DNA of 63,922 bases, counting the filler, from an uncultured bacterium (GTDB lineage Bacteria; Hinthialibacterota; Hinthialibacteria; Hinthialibacterales; Hinthialibacteraceae): NCBI GenBank assembly GCA_964449065.1. It is 3 parts of 3 records of this genome, joined end to end, with 100 filler letters (N's around TTAATTAATTAA, not from the genome) between each part and the next. Parts side by side here need not be neighbours in the genome. Positions count along the whole stretch, not along the records: positions 1 to 23,152 come from CAYVAZ010000034.1; 2 more parts are not named here. One strand, given 5' to 3'. The notes under the pieces were generated by a model. The model did no database searches, had not been told where the DNA came from, and worked only from the letters and a program-made list of their open reading frames with translations. Of this stretch, positions 1 through 9,907 are shown piece by piece (position 1 is the first letter of the stretch; each line of letters starts with the position of its first letter). The translations under genes were made by a program, and so were the position numbers.

Positions 1-278
1 CCCGCTTGTGAATTGGATTCAACGTTCTTAATTTCCGCCACTTCTTGCAGGGCATCTTCTAAGGGTTCGGTCACAAGTGTTTCCACCCGTTTGGCCGAAG
101 CGCCGGGGTATTGGGTCAACACAATCGGGTTGCGGTGTACGATGCGGGGGTCTTCCAAGCGGGGGATGTTAATGTAGGAAGACAGACCGGAGACTATTAT
201 CACCACCATGGTCAACACCAAAACATGCGGGTTGCGGAAAAATAACGTAGAAAATGTGGGTTGTTGGGATTGCTTCAC
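1..278 (-). CDS. RND efflux permease (AcrB/AcrD/AcrF family), 5' part only, runs off the window
   Basis: Manual translation from GTG at 278: MKQSQQPTFSTLFFRNPHVLVLTMVVIIVSGLSSYINIPRLEDP...TQYPGASAKRVETLVTEPLED, a typical AcrB N-terminus; directly downstream of the MFP gene. Confidence 0.9.
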   Translation of the reverse strand, partial: MKQSQQPTFSTLFFRNPHVLVLTMVVIIVSGLSSYINIPRLEDPRIVHRNPIVLTQYPGASAKRVETLVTEPLEDALQEVAEIKNVESNSQA

Positions 279-304
279 TTCGGCACCTGCGCTTTCGCAA
301 TACT

Positions 305-1402
305 CTACTCAACCCGCACGGCCTGATTCGGCACCAAACGGTGCAAGCCGTTCCGAACGACTAAATCGCCGTCTTGCAGGCTACCGGAAACAAACACTTC
401 GTCCGCTTGTTGATGCAGCAGCGTTACGTTTTGACGTTTCACGATCTGTTGATTGCCTTCTTCCAACACCACATAACAGGCCCACAATCCGCGCGAACTA
501 TCGGTTAAAGATTGTATGGGCAGCCAAAAGCCTTGTGTGGGGATTTCTTTTTGCAGGGTGAGTACCGCCAAATTTCCTTGACGAATGTTGGGCGGCGAAT
601 GTTGCAATTCAAACAAAATATCCACCGTGCGGGTTGAGTCTTCCTGCAATGGGAGGATGGATTTGACCACCGCTGGATATATGTCATCCTGGATGCGGAT
701 TTGGTGTTTGTTTTGAGATTGGATTTTTGGCAGCCAATCGTTATTGACACCGACGCGCACTTCAAACCGTTTGTCTTCTACCAAGTGAAAGACCGGCTCC
801 CCGGCTTGAATCACTTCGCCCTCATCGTGCATCCGCTTTTGTACGATTGCCGGGAACGGGGCATAGAGTTTACTTTTTTGGAGTTGAACATCGATTTGCC
901 GAATCCGGGCTGCAACCGCTTGCAGGGCGGCTTGTTTTGCCAGATAGGCTTGTTGAGCTTCATCATACTGCTGCAGGGTTACCGCGCTTCGCTTTGCCGA
1001 TTGTTCCATGCGGTTGCGGGTCAGGCGTGCCAATTCCACTTCCGCTTCCATCTGCTTTTTGGTGGATTCCAACTCTTGCTTTCGCGCGTCTAACAGTTCC
1101 ATATCCAATGCGGCCAAAAGCGCGTCCTTCGCTACAGAGTCGCCGTCATCGAAATGAAGTGCCGTCAATTTCCCCGCCAGTTCAAATCCCACATCGCTTT
1201 GGCGGCGGTTTTCCACCTTGCCGATGAATTCATGCCGAATGGTGTATGACGACTCCAACTTCGCTTTCAACACCTCCACCATCAACGGAGGGGTATCGTT
1301 CTCACGGATGTCTTGCTGGGCTTTTCCGGTCAACAATCCAACGCCAATGAGCAATGCAACGCCGGTCGTAATGATCATGATTGAAAGAATGCGCTTTTTC
1401 AT
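305..1402 (-). CDS. RND efflux membrane fusion protein (periplasmic adaptor)
   Basis: N-terminal TM, lipoyl-like GFELAGKL...DGDSV, coiled coil, LYAPF...GEVIQAGEPV; start taken at ATG 1402 (MKKRIL). Confidence 0.9.
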   Translation of the reverse strand: MKKRILSIMIITTGVALLIGVGLLTGKAQQDIRENDTPPLMVEVLKAKLESSYTIRHEFIGKVENRRQSDVGFELAGKLTALHFDDGDSVAKDALLAALDMELLDARKQELESTKKQMEAEVELARLTRNRMEQSAKRSAVTLQQYDEAQQAYLAKQAALQAVAARIRQIDVQLQKSKLYAPFPAIVQKRMHDEGEVIQAGEPVFHLVEDKRFEVRVGVNNDWLPKIQSQNKHQIRIQDDIYPAVVKSILPLQEDSTRTVDILFELQHSPPNIRQGNLAVLTLQKEIPTQGFWLPIQSLTDSSRGLWACYVVLEEGNQQIVKRQNVTLLHQQADEVFVSGSLQDGDLVVRNGLHRLVPNQAVRVE

Positions 1403-1514
1403 CAAGTCCCTTCTTTCTGAACCGTTTGTTTTCACCGGTTTTTGCCGCCGTGGTTTACAGTCAGAATTCCACAATTATCATACTGAGTGGTTTGGAAATA
1501 ATAACTCAATATAA

Positions 1515-1529
1515 TAGACTGTCCAGTAT
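1515..1529. promoter_or_regulatory. Probable TetR operator (imperfect palindrome TAGACTGTCCAGTAT)
   Basis: ACTG-N2-CAGT dyad between the divergent MFP and TetR genes. Confidence 0.5.
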
Positions 1530-1534
1530 GATAA

Positions 1535-2170
1535 ATGAAAGATTGTAAAACCAACACGCGCGGCCGTCCGAAAGAACTGCATAAACGCGGGCAAATCCTG
1601 CAAGCCTCGGGAGAGTTGTTTATCCGGCAGGGGTTTCAGCATACCTCGATGGATCAAATCGCGGTGAACGCGGATGTATCCAAACAAACGATTTATTCTT
1701 ATTTCAACAATAAGGAGCAGTTGTTTGCCGAGGTAATTTCCCATAAGGTGCGTTCGTACCAAATCGAAGAGGGCGAAGAGATTCCGCTGACTCCGATTCA
1801 GCCGTGTTTGGAGGAACTGGGCAAGCGGTTTTTGGATTTGGTGATGGATCCAGAATGCATTTATATCACCCGCGTGGTGATTGCCGAATCGATCGAATAT
1901 CCCAAAATGGCGGAACTGTTTTATAAAAACGGCCCACAACGTGTGATACAGTTTTTATCCTCCTATCTGCAACGACTCGATAAAGAACACGGTTTGCATA
2001 TTAAAGACCCTGCAAAAGCGGCCGTTATGTATATTGGCCTGTTAAAGGGGCATTGGTATTTGGAAAATTTAATGAACGTCGGTTCTCCAATTACGCGGCG
2101 CGCCAAAACACGGCACATCAATGAATGTGCGCGTATGTTTATACGGCTGATTCAAACGAACAGCGTGTAA
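1535..2170 (+). CDS. TetR/AcrR family regulator
   Basis: RGRP...LFIRQGFQHTSMDQIAVNADVSKQTIYSYF HTH; divergent from the efflux operon. Confidence 0.95.
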   Translation: MKDCKTNTRGRPKELHKRGQILQASGELFIRQGFQHTSMDQIAVNADVSKQTIYSYFNNKEQLFAEVISHKVRSYQIEEGEEIPLTPIQPCLEELGKRFLDLVMDPECIYITRVVIAESIEYPKMAELFYKNGPQRVIQFLSSYLQRLDKEHGLHIKDPAKAAVMYIGLLKGHWYLENLMNVGSPITRRAKTRHINECARMFIRLIQTNSV

Positions 2171-2185
2171 ATTGAGTGGGACAAA

Positions 2186-2402
2186 CTAGCACTGTGTCAA
2201 CGATTTATTGACGGGTATCGATCCCCCCTAGCCCCCCTTAACAAGGGGGGGAACAACGGAAATCCAGCCGTCATTTTTTGCTTGACACAATACTAGCATT
2301 GTGTCAACGATTTATTGACGGGTATCGATCCCCTCTAGCCCCCTTTAACAAGGGGGGGAACAACGGATAACCAGCCGTCATTTTTTGCTTGACAGACTAC
2401 TG
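2186..2402. mobile_element. Two tandem ~107-bp MITE-like elements
   Basis: Terminal inverted repeats CTAGCA(C/T)TGTGTCAA ... TTGACACAATACTAG, shared CTAG junction at 2293-2296, inner TGACGG/CCGTCA IR and CCCCCTTAACAAGGGGG core; third copy at 63822. Confidence 0.8.
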
Positions 2403-4331
2403 ATATTGCGGGATGGAAATCAACGAAGCGCCAAAAGGCTCCAACTGCGGGACGGCGATTGTTGTGCCCGGGAAATTCATATCCACGCGAAAGGATTCAT
2501 CCGAGACATTGACCACCAAATTGATGGTGTTGCCTTGATCGTTAATTTGGATGAGCACGATTCCTTCAATCACTGGCTGGACGATTGCCACCGATTCCGG
2601 CCCGGCCAGGGTAAACCAAATCATGCCGCTTTCATACGGAAAGCGCAGACGGTTAAAGGGTTCTTCTTCCGTTAAAATGGGTTCAACCGGCGGGAGAAAA
2701 ATGCGCGCCTCGGTATCCTCATACACCACCGCGTTGTTTTCAATTGTGCTCATCACAGCGGATTGCGGTTTCGTCATGACCCAATCCACCCAACCGCTTT
2801 CAAAGGCATCCCGGTAGATCACCACCATCAGATCATTGGCGAACACATACGCCGAGGTCAAACTTTCCTGCTGATACACCAAAGTCTCCAACGTATTCGA
2901 TAAATGGGTTAACACATAATTCGAGCGGACGGGCTCATCCACATCAAAGCGGGAAGAGTCGAACCCAAAACCTTTCACTTCGGATGCATGCCGCGAAGAC
3001 GGAAACACTACCGGCGGCTGCCCTTTATAAGACCAGGCCTGCATTCCTTTAAACCCATACGTGTGCCGCAGGGTGACGGCGGTTTGATAATTGCGTCCGG
3101 CGGTATAATACAGCGCGTCTCGCGATGAATACATCTGCGCGTAGGGTTGAAAGGGCAGTTCTCCCAACGATTCCGGTTTTGAATGATACTGCATTCCCCG
3201 CAAAAAGTGGGAGGCCCCGTATTGCAGTGTTACCCCCTCTTGCAACAAAATGAGTGTTTGCAAACATGTGGTCGCGGTTAGATTCAAAGTGTGATGATTT
3301 TGTCCGTAAAACGTAAGCGCGCCCATCAAATTCGCGACCGCTATTTGCTCTTCGTATCGTTTGGTGGAAGACATACTTAAGAGAGGTACCGCATGAAACG
3401 AATACACTTGCCGAATCCATTGAAACGATTGAAGTATGGTTGTATCCAACGCGGAATCATCAGCCATCAAACGGTACAGAAATAAATACTGCAAGGAAAC
3501 AAGCGAATCCTTTAAATGCGGTGAACCGTTCTCTAATATTTGCCCATCATGCTGAAAGATTACTGGTAAAATCGTTTTCAACTTTCGTTCGGCGGCGTTT
3601 TGATAGGCCTGCTTGCCGGTAAAGCGTGAAGCCAGCGCCATCACGCCGCACCACACCATGCCGCGCGAATCGTCATAGCCCGGCTCATTGCGCGATAAAA
3701 ACTCGATCCCTTTGCTGATCATTGTTTCATAGGTGGCACGCTCTCCGGCAGGCAAACTATTGCGTACCTGCGCGAAGGCATTCATCAATGCTTCCAGCTG
3801 ATAGGCCGTAATGTACGATCCCCAAACCGAGCCGTAGCGGACGGAAGAGAACGCGAACTCGCCATTATCCAATTGGTTTTCGGCAAAGGTATGGAATATA
3901 GCACGCAGATGTTGCAAAGATTCTTCGGATTGGTAGTATTGCGACTGCTTGAACGAATAGGCATATCCCAACGCTGCCGCCAAATTTACCGTTTGTTGAA
4001 TCTGCAAAAAACGCCAGCTGTATTCCGGTTCATTCGCCAGTTGCATACGTTCGGTATCGCTGAGGGTACGGATTTCCAAATGCCCGGCCTTCACACTTTC
4101 GGGAATTTGGACTTGAACCAGACCGTCATCGGGATTAAATGACTGCAAAGCGGAAGATATATCCCGGTCCAACATACCGGTATAAATGCGGGAAATGGCT
4201 TCATGCTTGGGTTCAATCGCAAAATACTTAGCTTCCGGTTGTGAAAACACCGGAAAAGCGGAAGCGTTTATCATCACCAATGATATCAAACACACAAATG
4301 AATACACAATCATCGCAACCAATCCTAACAA
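2397..4331 (-). CDS. Secreted hypothetical protein, possibly lyase/heparinase-like
   Basis: 644-aa ORF with hydrophobic N-terminus, helical N-half and beta-rich C-half; true start may be ATG 4313. Confidence 0.6.
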   Translation of the reverse strand: MLGLVAMIVYSFVCLISLVMINASAFPVFSQPEAKYFAIEPKHEAISRIYTGMLDRDISSALQSFNPDDGLVQVQIPESVKAGHLEIRTLSDTERMQLANEPEYSWRFLQIQQTVNLAAALGYAYSFKQSQYYQSEESLQHLRAIFHTFAENQLDNGEFAFSSVRYGSVWGSYITAYQLEALMNAFAQVRNSLPAGERATYETMISKGIEFLSRNEPGYDDSRGMVWCGVMALASRFTGKQAYQNAAERKLKTILPVIFQHDGQILENGSPHLKDSLVSLQYLFLYRLMADDSALDTTILQSFQWIRQVYSFHAVPLLSMSSTKRYEEQIAVANLMGALTFYGQNHHTLNLTATTCLQTLILLQEGVTLQYGASHFLRGMQYHSKPESLGELPFQPYAQMYSSRDALYYTAGRNYQTAVTLRHTYGFKGMQAWSYKGQPPVVFPSSRHASEVKGFGFDSSRFDVDEPVRSNYVLTHLSNTLETLVYQQESLTSAYVFANDLMVVIYRDAFESGWVDWVMTKPQSAVMSTIENNAVVYEDTEARIFLPPVEPILTEEEPFNRLRFPYESGMIWFTLAGPESVAIVQPVIEGIVLIQINDQGNTINLVVNVSDESFRVDMNFPGTTIAVPQLEPFGASLISIPQYQ

Positions 4332-4348
4332 AACTCAAACGTTCCTTA

Positions 4349-6847
4349 TTGTTACACAAAAATAGGCTCTTACGAAAGTGGGATTGCGTCATTTTTTTGT
4401 TGTTATTTTTTGCCGGATGCGGCAATCAACCTCACAAACCGGTTTTGCACTTGTTTACCGATGCTTCTACCATATCCGGAACCCATACGCTGCATGATTT
4501 TGATGAAGACAATCCTCTTGTTTCCGGTTTAACCTATCCCCATGATGATGCACTGTGGAAGGTGCAGCATGAGGGTAAAGATGCGCTGCGTTTTGAAAGC
4601 ACGGTGTTGGGGCAGTTGCGCGGGACCAATCACTTGCTGCATCAAAAAATCCCCGCGAAAGACTTTGAACTCACATGCAGCAGCTGGCTGGAATTGGATA
4701 TGGAACCGGCTTGGAGCGGCATTACCTTTTGGATGAATGATGTTCACCGCGCAATGGGTGTGCGCTGGCAGCCATCCCATATCACCAATCAAATCACCCT
4801 GGAAATCTTTCAATACGGGCACACCCAAGCGTATGAAATTCGTACGATCAAATCGGTCAATTACCCCATATCTCAATCCAAATGGGCCGCGGTAAAATTG
4901 AGCGTGCAAGACAACACGGTTACCGTACGGTTGGATGACTTCGAGCCGCTATCCGCCACCGTTGAAGAAGAACGGTTTTACCTGGGCAATCATTTCGGCC
5001 TCTTTCAAGGCGAAGGCACCGGCTACTTCGCGGATATCGTGTGGAGCGCCAGCGGTGAGTCTCATTCCATCATCCGTTGGAACAACTGGAACAGCGAAAT
5101 GGTCAACACGACCAAAAAAGTTGTGCTGGATAACTTCACCACCCCCGAACACACGCTGGGACTGGATATCCCGGTTCGCAGAATCTCGCTCGCGAAAGAG
5201 TGGCGTTCCGTTGTGCCGGTGCAATGCCCCAGCGAGTTGCGTTTTGAGGTAACGATCCCCGCAAACGCGCGGCTGCATGTCGGCTATGGCATCCTTCAGC
5301 CGTTCGCCCTCTCCTCCACCAAAGCGAAAATCGAAGTGGTGATTGATGATGGTTCCAATGACACCATCATCGCCGAACGGGAATTCCAACCGCGGAATGA
5401 AAGCGCCCGTTGGTTTCAATATCATGACATCCATAAAGATTTAAGCGCGTTCGCCCATCAAACCGTCAATCTAAAATTGCGTATGGCTCCGGTTGAAGGC
5501 GATGAACCATTGGTGATGTGCTGGTCGGAACCGATCATCACCACCAAGCGGATATCGGATAAACCGAATGTGCTGTTATTTATGGTCGATACCCTGCGCG
5601 CCGACCGCTTGGGTGTTTACGGCTATGAAAAAGACTTATCGCCCATCATCGATGAATGGAGCCGAACCGGCACAACCTTTCTCAACACCATCTGTCAGGC
5701 ACCGTGGACGACACCTTCGCACGCATCCCTATTCACGGGCTTATATCCCAGCGAGACCAACTGTGACCATACCTCCAATTCCAGCAAGAATCTGCTGCGC
5801 GAGGGCTATTGGACCTGGGCGGAACTGCTGCAAGAAAACGGATATGCTACCAGCGCCTTTACCAGCGGTTTGCAGGTGCGCGGGGAATTGGGCTTTCATC
5901 AAGGATTCGATACCTACCACGAAATTGATTACGATTCCAGTTACAGCGTGGAAGCCAACTTTGAGCAGTTCAAAAGCTGGCTGGATGAATATCAGGATGT
6001 GCCCTGGTTTAATTTTATGCACACGTATGCGGTTCACTTTCCCTACAAGCATAAGATTTACGATGACTACCGCACGCTGGTGCGTTCGTGGGAAGACCGC
6101 CGCAAGCATAATAACGATACCTACGACGGCGGGGTGCGCTTTATTGATGAATATTTCGGTAGTGTTTTGCAGGAATTGAAGCAGCGCGGCGAGTTGGAAA
6201 ACACCATCATCATCCTCACCTCCGACCATGGCGAAGCGTTGGGAGACCGCCAGATGCCCCACCCCGCCCGGCATGGACATTCACTTTATGACGAGTTGCT
6301 GAAAGTGCCGCTCATCATTTCGGCCCCGGATGGAGTCCCAGAAGGAAAGCTTGTCAACAAGCAGGTCCGGCTGCTTGATCTGTTACCCACGGTATTGGAT
6401 CTTTGCGCTATCGATGCTCCTGTGTGGTGTCATGGGCTGAGTCTGTCTCCACTGATGGAGGGCACGGAAACACTGGAACGTCCCGCGATCAGCGAGGGAT
6501 TGAACTACGGGTTCCCCCTGCGCTCGATCCGTACTTCCACTCACAAGCTGATCCAACTGACCGACCCGAACCGGACGCTGGACCCGACTTCAACAGGAAT
6601 ACCTGTTCCACGGCCTGCTTCGGTGCAGATGTATAATCTAACAAAGGATCCGGAAGAAACCCAAAATATCGGCGGAGAAAACCAAGCGAAATTGGAAGAA
6701 CTGCAAACCGTATTGAATATCCTTACATCGCCGGAAAACATGTTTGATCCGTCATTTTTTAATGCCGGTCTGCCCATGCAGGCGCCGCCGCAGCCTTCAG
6801 CCCAAATGTCTGAGCAACTGAATTCGCTGGGATACACATCCAACTAA
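4349..6847 (+). CDS. Lipoprotein with N-terminal beta-sandwich domains and C-terminal sulfatase-like (alkaline phosphatase superfamily) domain
   Basis: Lipobox FFAGC; PNVLLFMVDTLRAD, WTTPSHASLFTG, TSDHGE, C-terminal EQLNSLGY; start uncertain (TTG 4349 avoids overlap with the divergent gene). Confidence 0.8.
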   Translation: MLHKNRLLRKWDCVIFLLLFFAGCGNQPHKPVLHLFTDASTISGTHTLHDFDEDNPLVSGLTYPHDDALWKVQHEGKDALRFESTVLGQLRGTNHLLHQKIPAKDFELTCSSWLELDMEPAWSGITFWMNDVHRAMGVRWQPSHITNQITLEIFQYGHTQAYEIRTIKSVNYPISQSKWAAVKLSVQDNTVTVRLDDFEPLSATVEEERFYLGNHFGLFQGEGTGYFADIVWSASGESHSIIRWNNWNSEMVNTTKKVVLDNFTTPEHTLGLDIPVRRISLAKEWRSVVPVQCPSELRFEVTIPANARLHVGYGILQPFALSSTKAKIEVVIDDGSNDTIIAEREFQPRNESARWFQYHDIHKDLSAFAHQTVNLKLRMAPVEGDEPLVMCWSEPIITTKRISDKPNVLLFMVDTLRADRLGVYGYEKDLSPIIDEWSRTGTTFLNTICQAPWTTPSHASLFTGLYPSETNCDHTSNSSKNLLREGYWTWAELLQENGYATSAFTSGLQVRGELGFHQGFDTYHEIDYDSSYSVEANFEQFKSWLDEYQDVPWFNFMHTYAVHFPYKHKIYDDYRTLVRSWEDRRKHNNDTYDGGVRFIDEYFGSVLQELKQRGELENTIIILTSDHGEALGDRQMPHPARHGHSLYDELLKVPLIISAPDGVPEGKLVNKQVRLLDLLPTVLDLCAIDAPVWCHGLSLSPLMEGTETLERPAISEGLNYGFPLRSIRTSTHKLIQLTDPNRTLDPTSTGIPVPRPASVQMYNLTKDPEETQNIGGENQAKLEELQTVLNILTSPENMFDPSFFNAGLPMQAPPQPSAQMSEQLNSLGYTSN

Positions 6848-6905
6848 CCCTTCCCAAAATTACCACCTCTTGGTTGAATGAACAAAATGAAGGCCGGAGG
6901 GAACC

Positions 6906-7925
6906 ATGAGTAAATATAAGGTTGGAATCATCGGATGCGGCTGGGTGGCCGGAGAACACATCGCCGCGTACGGCAACAATCCCGATACGGAAGTTGTAGC
7001 GCTTTGTTCGCGCACCAAAGAAGGAGCAAAGGCAAAAGCGAACGAATGCGGCATTGAAGCGGCTTGTTACGATACTCCCGACACCATGTTCGCGTCCGAA
7101 AAGTTGGATATCGTTTCCATCACCTCGCCGCCGCAGTTTCATGTTGAACACGGTATTTTGGCAGCCCAAAACGGGGCTCATTTGGTGATGGAAAAACCGG
7201 TTGCCATGAACAGCACCGAACTGAAACGCGTAGTCGATAGCGTCAATCAATCCAAGGTGTCATCCGTCGTCAGTTTTGTCCTACGCTGGAACCCGCTCTA
7301 CGGTATCATCCGCTCGTTGCTGGATCAAAACAACTGCGGTGAGTTGTATTACGGCGAGGCCGATTACTATCACGGCATCGGGCCGTGGTACAAGCAGTTT
7401 GAGTGGAACAAAACCAAGGAAGCGGGCGGCAACTCGCTGCTATCAGCCGGGTGCCATGCCGTCGATGGCTTGGTGTGGTTTATGGGCAGCAAGGTGGTTG
7501 AAGTGCATTCATACGCGGTGCGCGGCAAGGCTGAAGAATATCAAGCGTATGAATACGAACCGACCATCGTCACTATTCTTAAATTCGAGAACGCTTCCAT
7601 CGGCAAGGTGACCAGCAGCATTGAATGCAAATCTCCCTATATGTTTAACATTAACCTGTTCGGATCACGCGGCACCATCCGCAACAATCAGTTGTATACG
7701 GATGACATGAAGGGGCAAACGCATTTCGCCACCATCCCCACCATCATGCCCGACAGCGGCGATGTCACGCATCATCCGTTCCAGGGCGAAATCGATCATT
7801 TGGTGGAGAGCCTCAATGCCGGGAAAGACTCGGACGTCAACATCGAATACGCCGCGCATATAATGGAAATCTGTTATGCTGCGGAAGAGTCGGCCAAGAC
7901 TGGTAAGAGCATCACTGTAAAATAA
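6906..7925 (+). CDS. Gfo/Idh/MocA family oxidoreductase
   Basis: KVGIIGCGWVA Rossmann motif, EKP motif, GCHAVD. Confidence 0.92.
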   Translation: MSKYKVGIIGCGWVAGEHIAAYGNNPDTEVVALCSRTKEGAKAKANECGIEAACYDTPDTMFASEKLDIVSITSPPQFHVEHGILAAQNGAHLVMEKPVAMNSTELKRVVDSVNQSKVSSVVSFVLRWNPLYGIIRSLLDQNNCGELYYGEADYYHGIGPWYKQFEWNKTKEAGGNSLLSAGCHAVDGLVWFMGSKVVEVHSYAVRGKAEEYQAYEYEPTIVTILKFENASIGKVTSSIECKSPYMFNINLFGSRGTIRNNQLYTDDMKGQTHFATIPTIMPDSGDVTHHPFQGEIDHLVESLNAGKDSDVNIEYAAHIMEICYAAEESAKTGKSITVK

Positions 7926-7930
7926 AATTT

Positions 7931-7994
7931 ACCACAGAAGCACAGAGAACACAGAGAATTATATATTTACTTTCATTCGCGTTCATTCGCGGTT
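7931..7994. repeat. Short intergenic REP-like repeats
   Basis: ACCACAGAAGCACAGAGAACACAGAG and TTCATTCGCGTTCATTCGCGG; related reverse-complement copy at ~33711-33736. Confidence 0.5.
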
Positions 7995-8008
7995 AAAAAA
8001 GGGCTTCC

Positions 8009-8767
8009 ATGAAAATACTTGCTATTCATGCTCATCCTGATGATGTGGAGTTTTTATGCGCGGGGACGCTCTATCTGCTGCGCGATAAAGGCCACGATAT
8101 TCATATCTGCAATGTGTGCAACGGCGACAAAGGTTCCGCCACCCACACCCGCGAAGAGATTGCCGCCATCCGGCTGGAGGAAGCCAAAGCCTCAGCGGCG
8201 CTGCTGCAAGCCAAGCACACCTGTTTGGATATCCCCGACTTGAGCGTGCATGACGATGAACCCACCCGCAAATTGGTCACCGGGTTCCTGCGCACCGCTA
8301 GGCCGGATATCATCTTCACCGCCTCGCCGCAGGATTACATGCTGGATCATGAAATCGTCAGCACATTGGTGCGCCACGCCGCCTTCGGTGCGGGAGCGGG
8401 ATTGTATGAAACCGGAGACGCCGAACCCTTGCCGCATATCCCCGCGCTATACTATATGGACCCGATTGAGGGGAAGGATATTTTCGGTAACCCGGTCGCG
8501 GCGGAATTTTGCATCAACATCACCAACGCGATTGATCACAAAGAAAAAATGTTGGCCTGCCATGCCTCACAGCGCGAGTGGCTGCTGGCGCATCACGGGG
8601 TTGACCAATACATCATCGCCATGCGTGAGTGGTCATTCCAGCGCGGCAAGGAGTTCGGCTGCCAATACGGAGAAGGATTCCGCCAGCACAAAGGCCACGC
8701 TTATCCGCAAGAGAATATCCTAAAAAAATTACTCAAGCGCGTTTTGATCGAACGCAGCGATGTTTAA
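8009..8767 (+). CDS. PIG-L/LmbE family N-deacetylase
   Basis: AHPDDVEF motif, GDKGS, R-x-x-EA, DYMLDH. Confidence 0.92.
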   Translation: MKILAIHAHPDDVEFLCAGTLYLLRDKGHDIHICNVCNGDKGSATHTREEIAAIRLEEAKASAALLQAKHTCLDIPDLSVHDDEPTRKLVTGFLRTARPDIIFTASPQDYMLDHEIVSTLVRHAAFGAGAGLYETGDAEPLPHIPALYYMDPIEGKDIFGNPVAAEFCINITNAIDHKEKMLACHASQREWLLAHHGVDQYIIAMREWSFQRGKEFGCQYGEGFRQHKGHAYPQENILKKLLKRVLIERSDV

Positions 8768-8770
8768 CGT

Positions 8771-9811
8771 ATGAATGAACTCCTTTTAACAATTAAAAAT
8801 CTCAAAAAATACTTCCCCATCCGCAAAGGGGTGATGAGCCGGGTTGTTGATCACGTGCAAGCGGTGGATGGCGTCTCATTGCACATCAACAAAGGCGAAA
8901 CGCTGGGCCTGGCGGGTGAGAGCGGCTGCGGAAAATCCACCCTCGGCCGGGTGATCATGCGGATCATAGAGGGCGGCGAAGGGGATATCCGGCTGGGCGA
9001 TTCAAACAATCTTCTGCAATTATCCGACCGCGCGTTTCATCCCTACCGCCGCAAAATGCAAATCATCTTTCAAGACCCCTACTCGTCTCTCAACCCCCGC
9101 ATGAGCGCGGGGACAATCATCGAAGAACCGCTCAAAATTCATTTTCCAAACTGGACAAAAGAGGAGCGAAAAAAACGGGTGGTGGAATTAACCCAAGCGG
9201 TTGGATTAAGCGGGGACCAATTGAACCGCTATCCACACCAGTTTTCCGGCGGGCAGCGTCAGCGTATCGGCATCGCGCGCGCACTGGCGGTTGACCCGCA
9301 ACTGATCATTGCCGATGAATCCGTCTCGGCGCTGGATGTATCGATCCAGGCGCAGATTATCAATCTGTTGATGGAGTTAAAAAACGAGTTTGGCTTATCG
9401 TATCTGTTCATCGCGCATGATTTATCGGTGGTGCGTCATATCAGCGACCGCGTGGCGGTGATGTATTTGGGCAAGATTGTTGAAACGGCGGGGAAGCATG
9501 AGTTGTTTGAATCGCCCAAGCATCCTTACACACTCGCATTGCTTGACGCCGTGCCGGAACCGGACCCCGAAAAACGCAAGAATCGCGTTTTGCTTGAAGG
9601 CGAAGTCCCCAACCCGGTCAATCCGCCCTCCGGCTGCCGGTTTCACCCCCGCTGCCGGTATTGCTTTGCGCCGTGCGAAACGGTGGAACCCAAACCGCTT
9701 GTCATCGACGGCCATGAAGTTGCCTGCCATTTGTATGACCCGGAACACAACAAAAATATCCCGGCCAATATCCACGAAGTTCCTGTGCCGCCGGCCCAAG
9801 CCGCGGTATGA
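8771..9811 (+). CDS. Oligopeptide/dipeptide ABC transporter ATP-binding protein (OppF/DppF type)
   Basis: [40 protein letters not shown]. Confidence 0.95.
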   Translation: MNELLLTIKNLKKYFPIRKGVMSRVVDHVQAVDGVSLHINKGETLGLAGESGCGKSTLGRVIMRIIEGGEGDIRLGDSNNLLQLSDRAFHPYRRKMQIIFQDPYSSLNPRMSAGTIIEEPLKIHFPNWTKEERKKRVVELTQAVGLSGDQLNRYPHQFSGGQRQRIGIARALAVDPQLIIADESVSALDVSIQAQIINLLMELKNEFGLSYLFIAHDLSVVRHISDRVAVMYLGKIVETAGKHELFESPKHPYTLALLDAVPEPDPEKRKNRVLLEGEVPNPVNPPSGCRFHPRCRYCFAPCETVEPKPLVIDGHEVACHLYDPEHNKNIPANIHEVPVPPAQAAV

Positions 9812-9829
9812 TAAAGTTTCATTCATGCG

Positions 9830-9855
9830 GGGAGGGCGAGGCTCCCGCCCAGCCG
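9830..9855 (+). repeat. REP-like palindrome GGGAGGGCGAGGCTCCCGCCCAGCCG
   Basis: Related copies at 20691-20716 and 21158-21183. Confidence 0.7.
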
Positions 9856-9907
9856 GAAGCACATTTTTATTCTGTCGATGGATATTCGTTCGAAAACAGG
9901 AAAATCA

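Noticed and set aside
2186..2402. Possible CRISPR array
   Set aside because: Units are ~107-bp near-identical elements without unique spacers, and there are no cas genes
8771..9811. Orphan OppF-type ATPase without permeases
   Set aside because: Dispersed ABC subunits are common, and partners may be elsewhere in the genome
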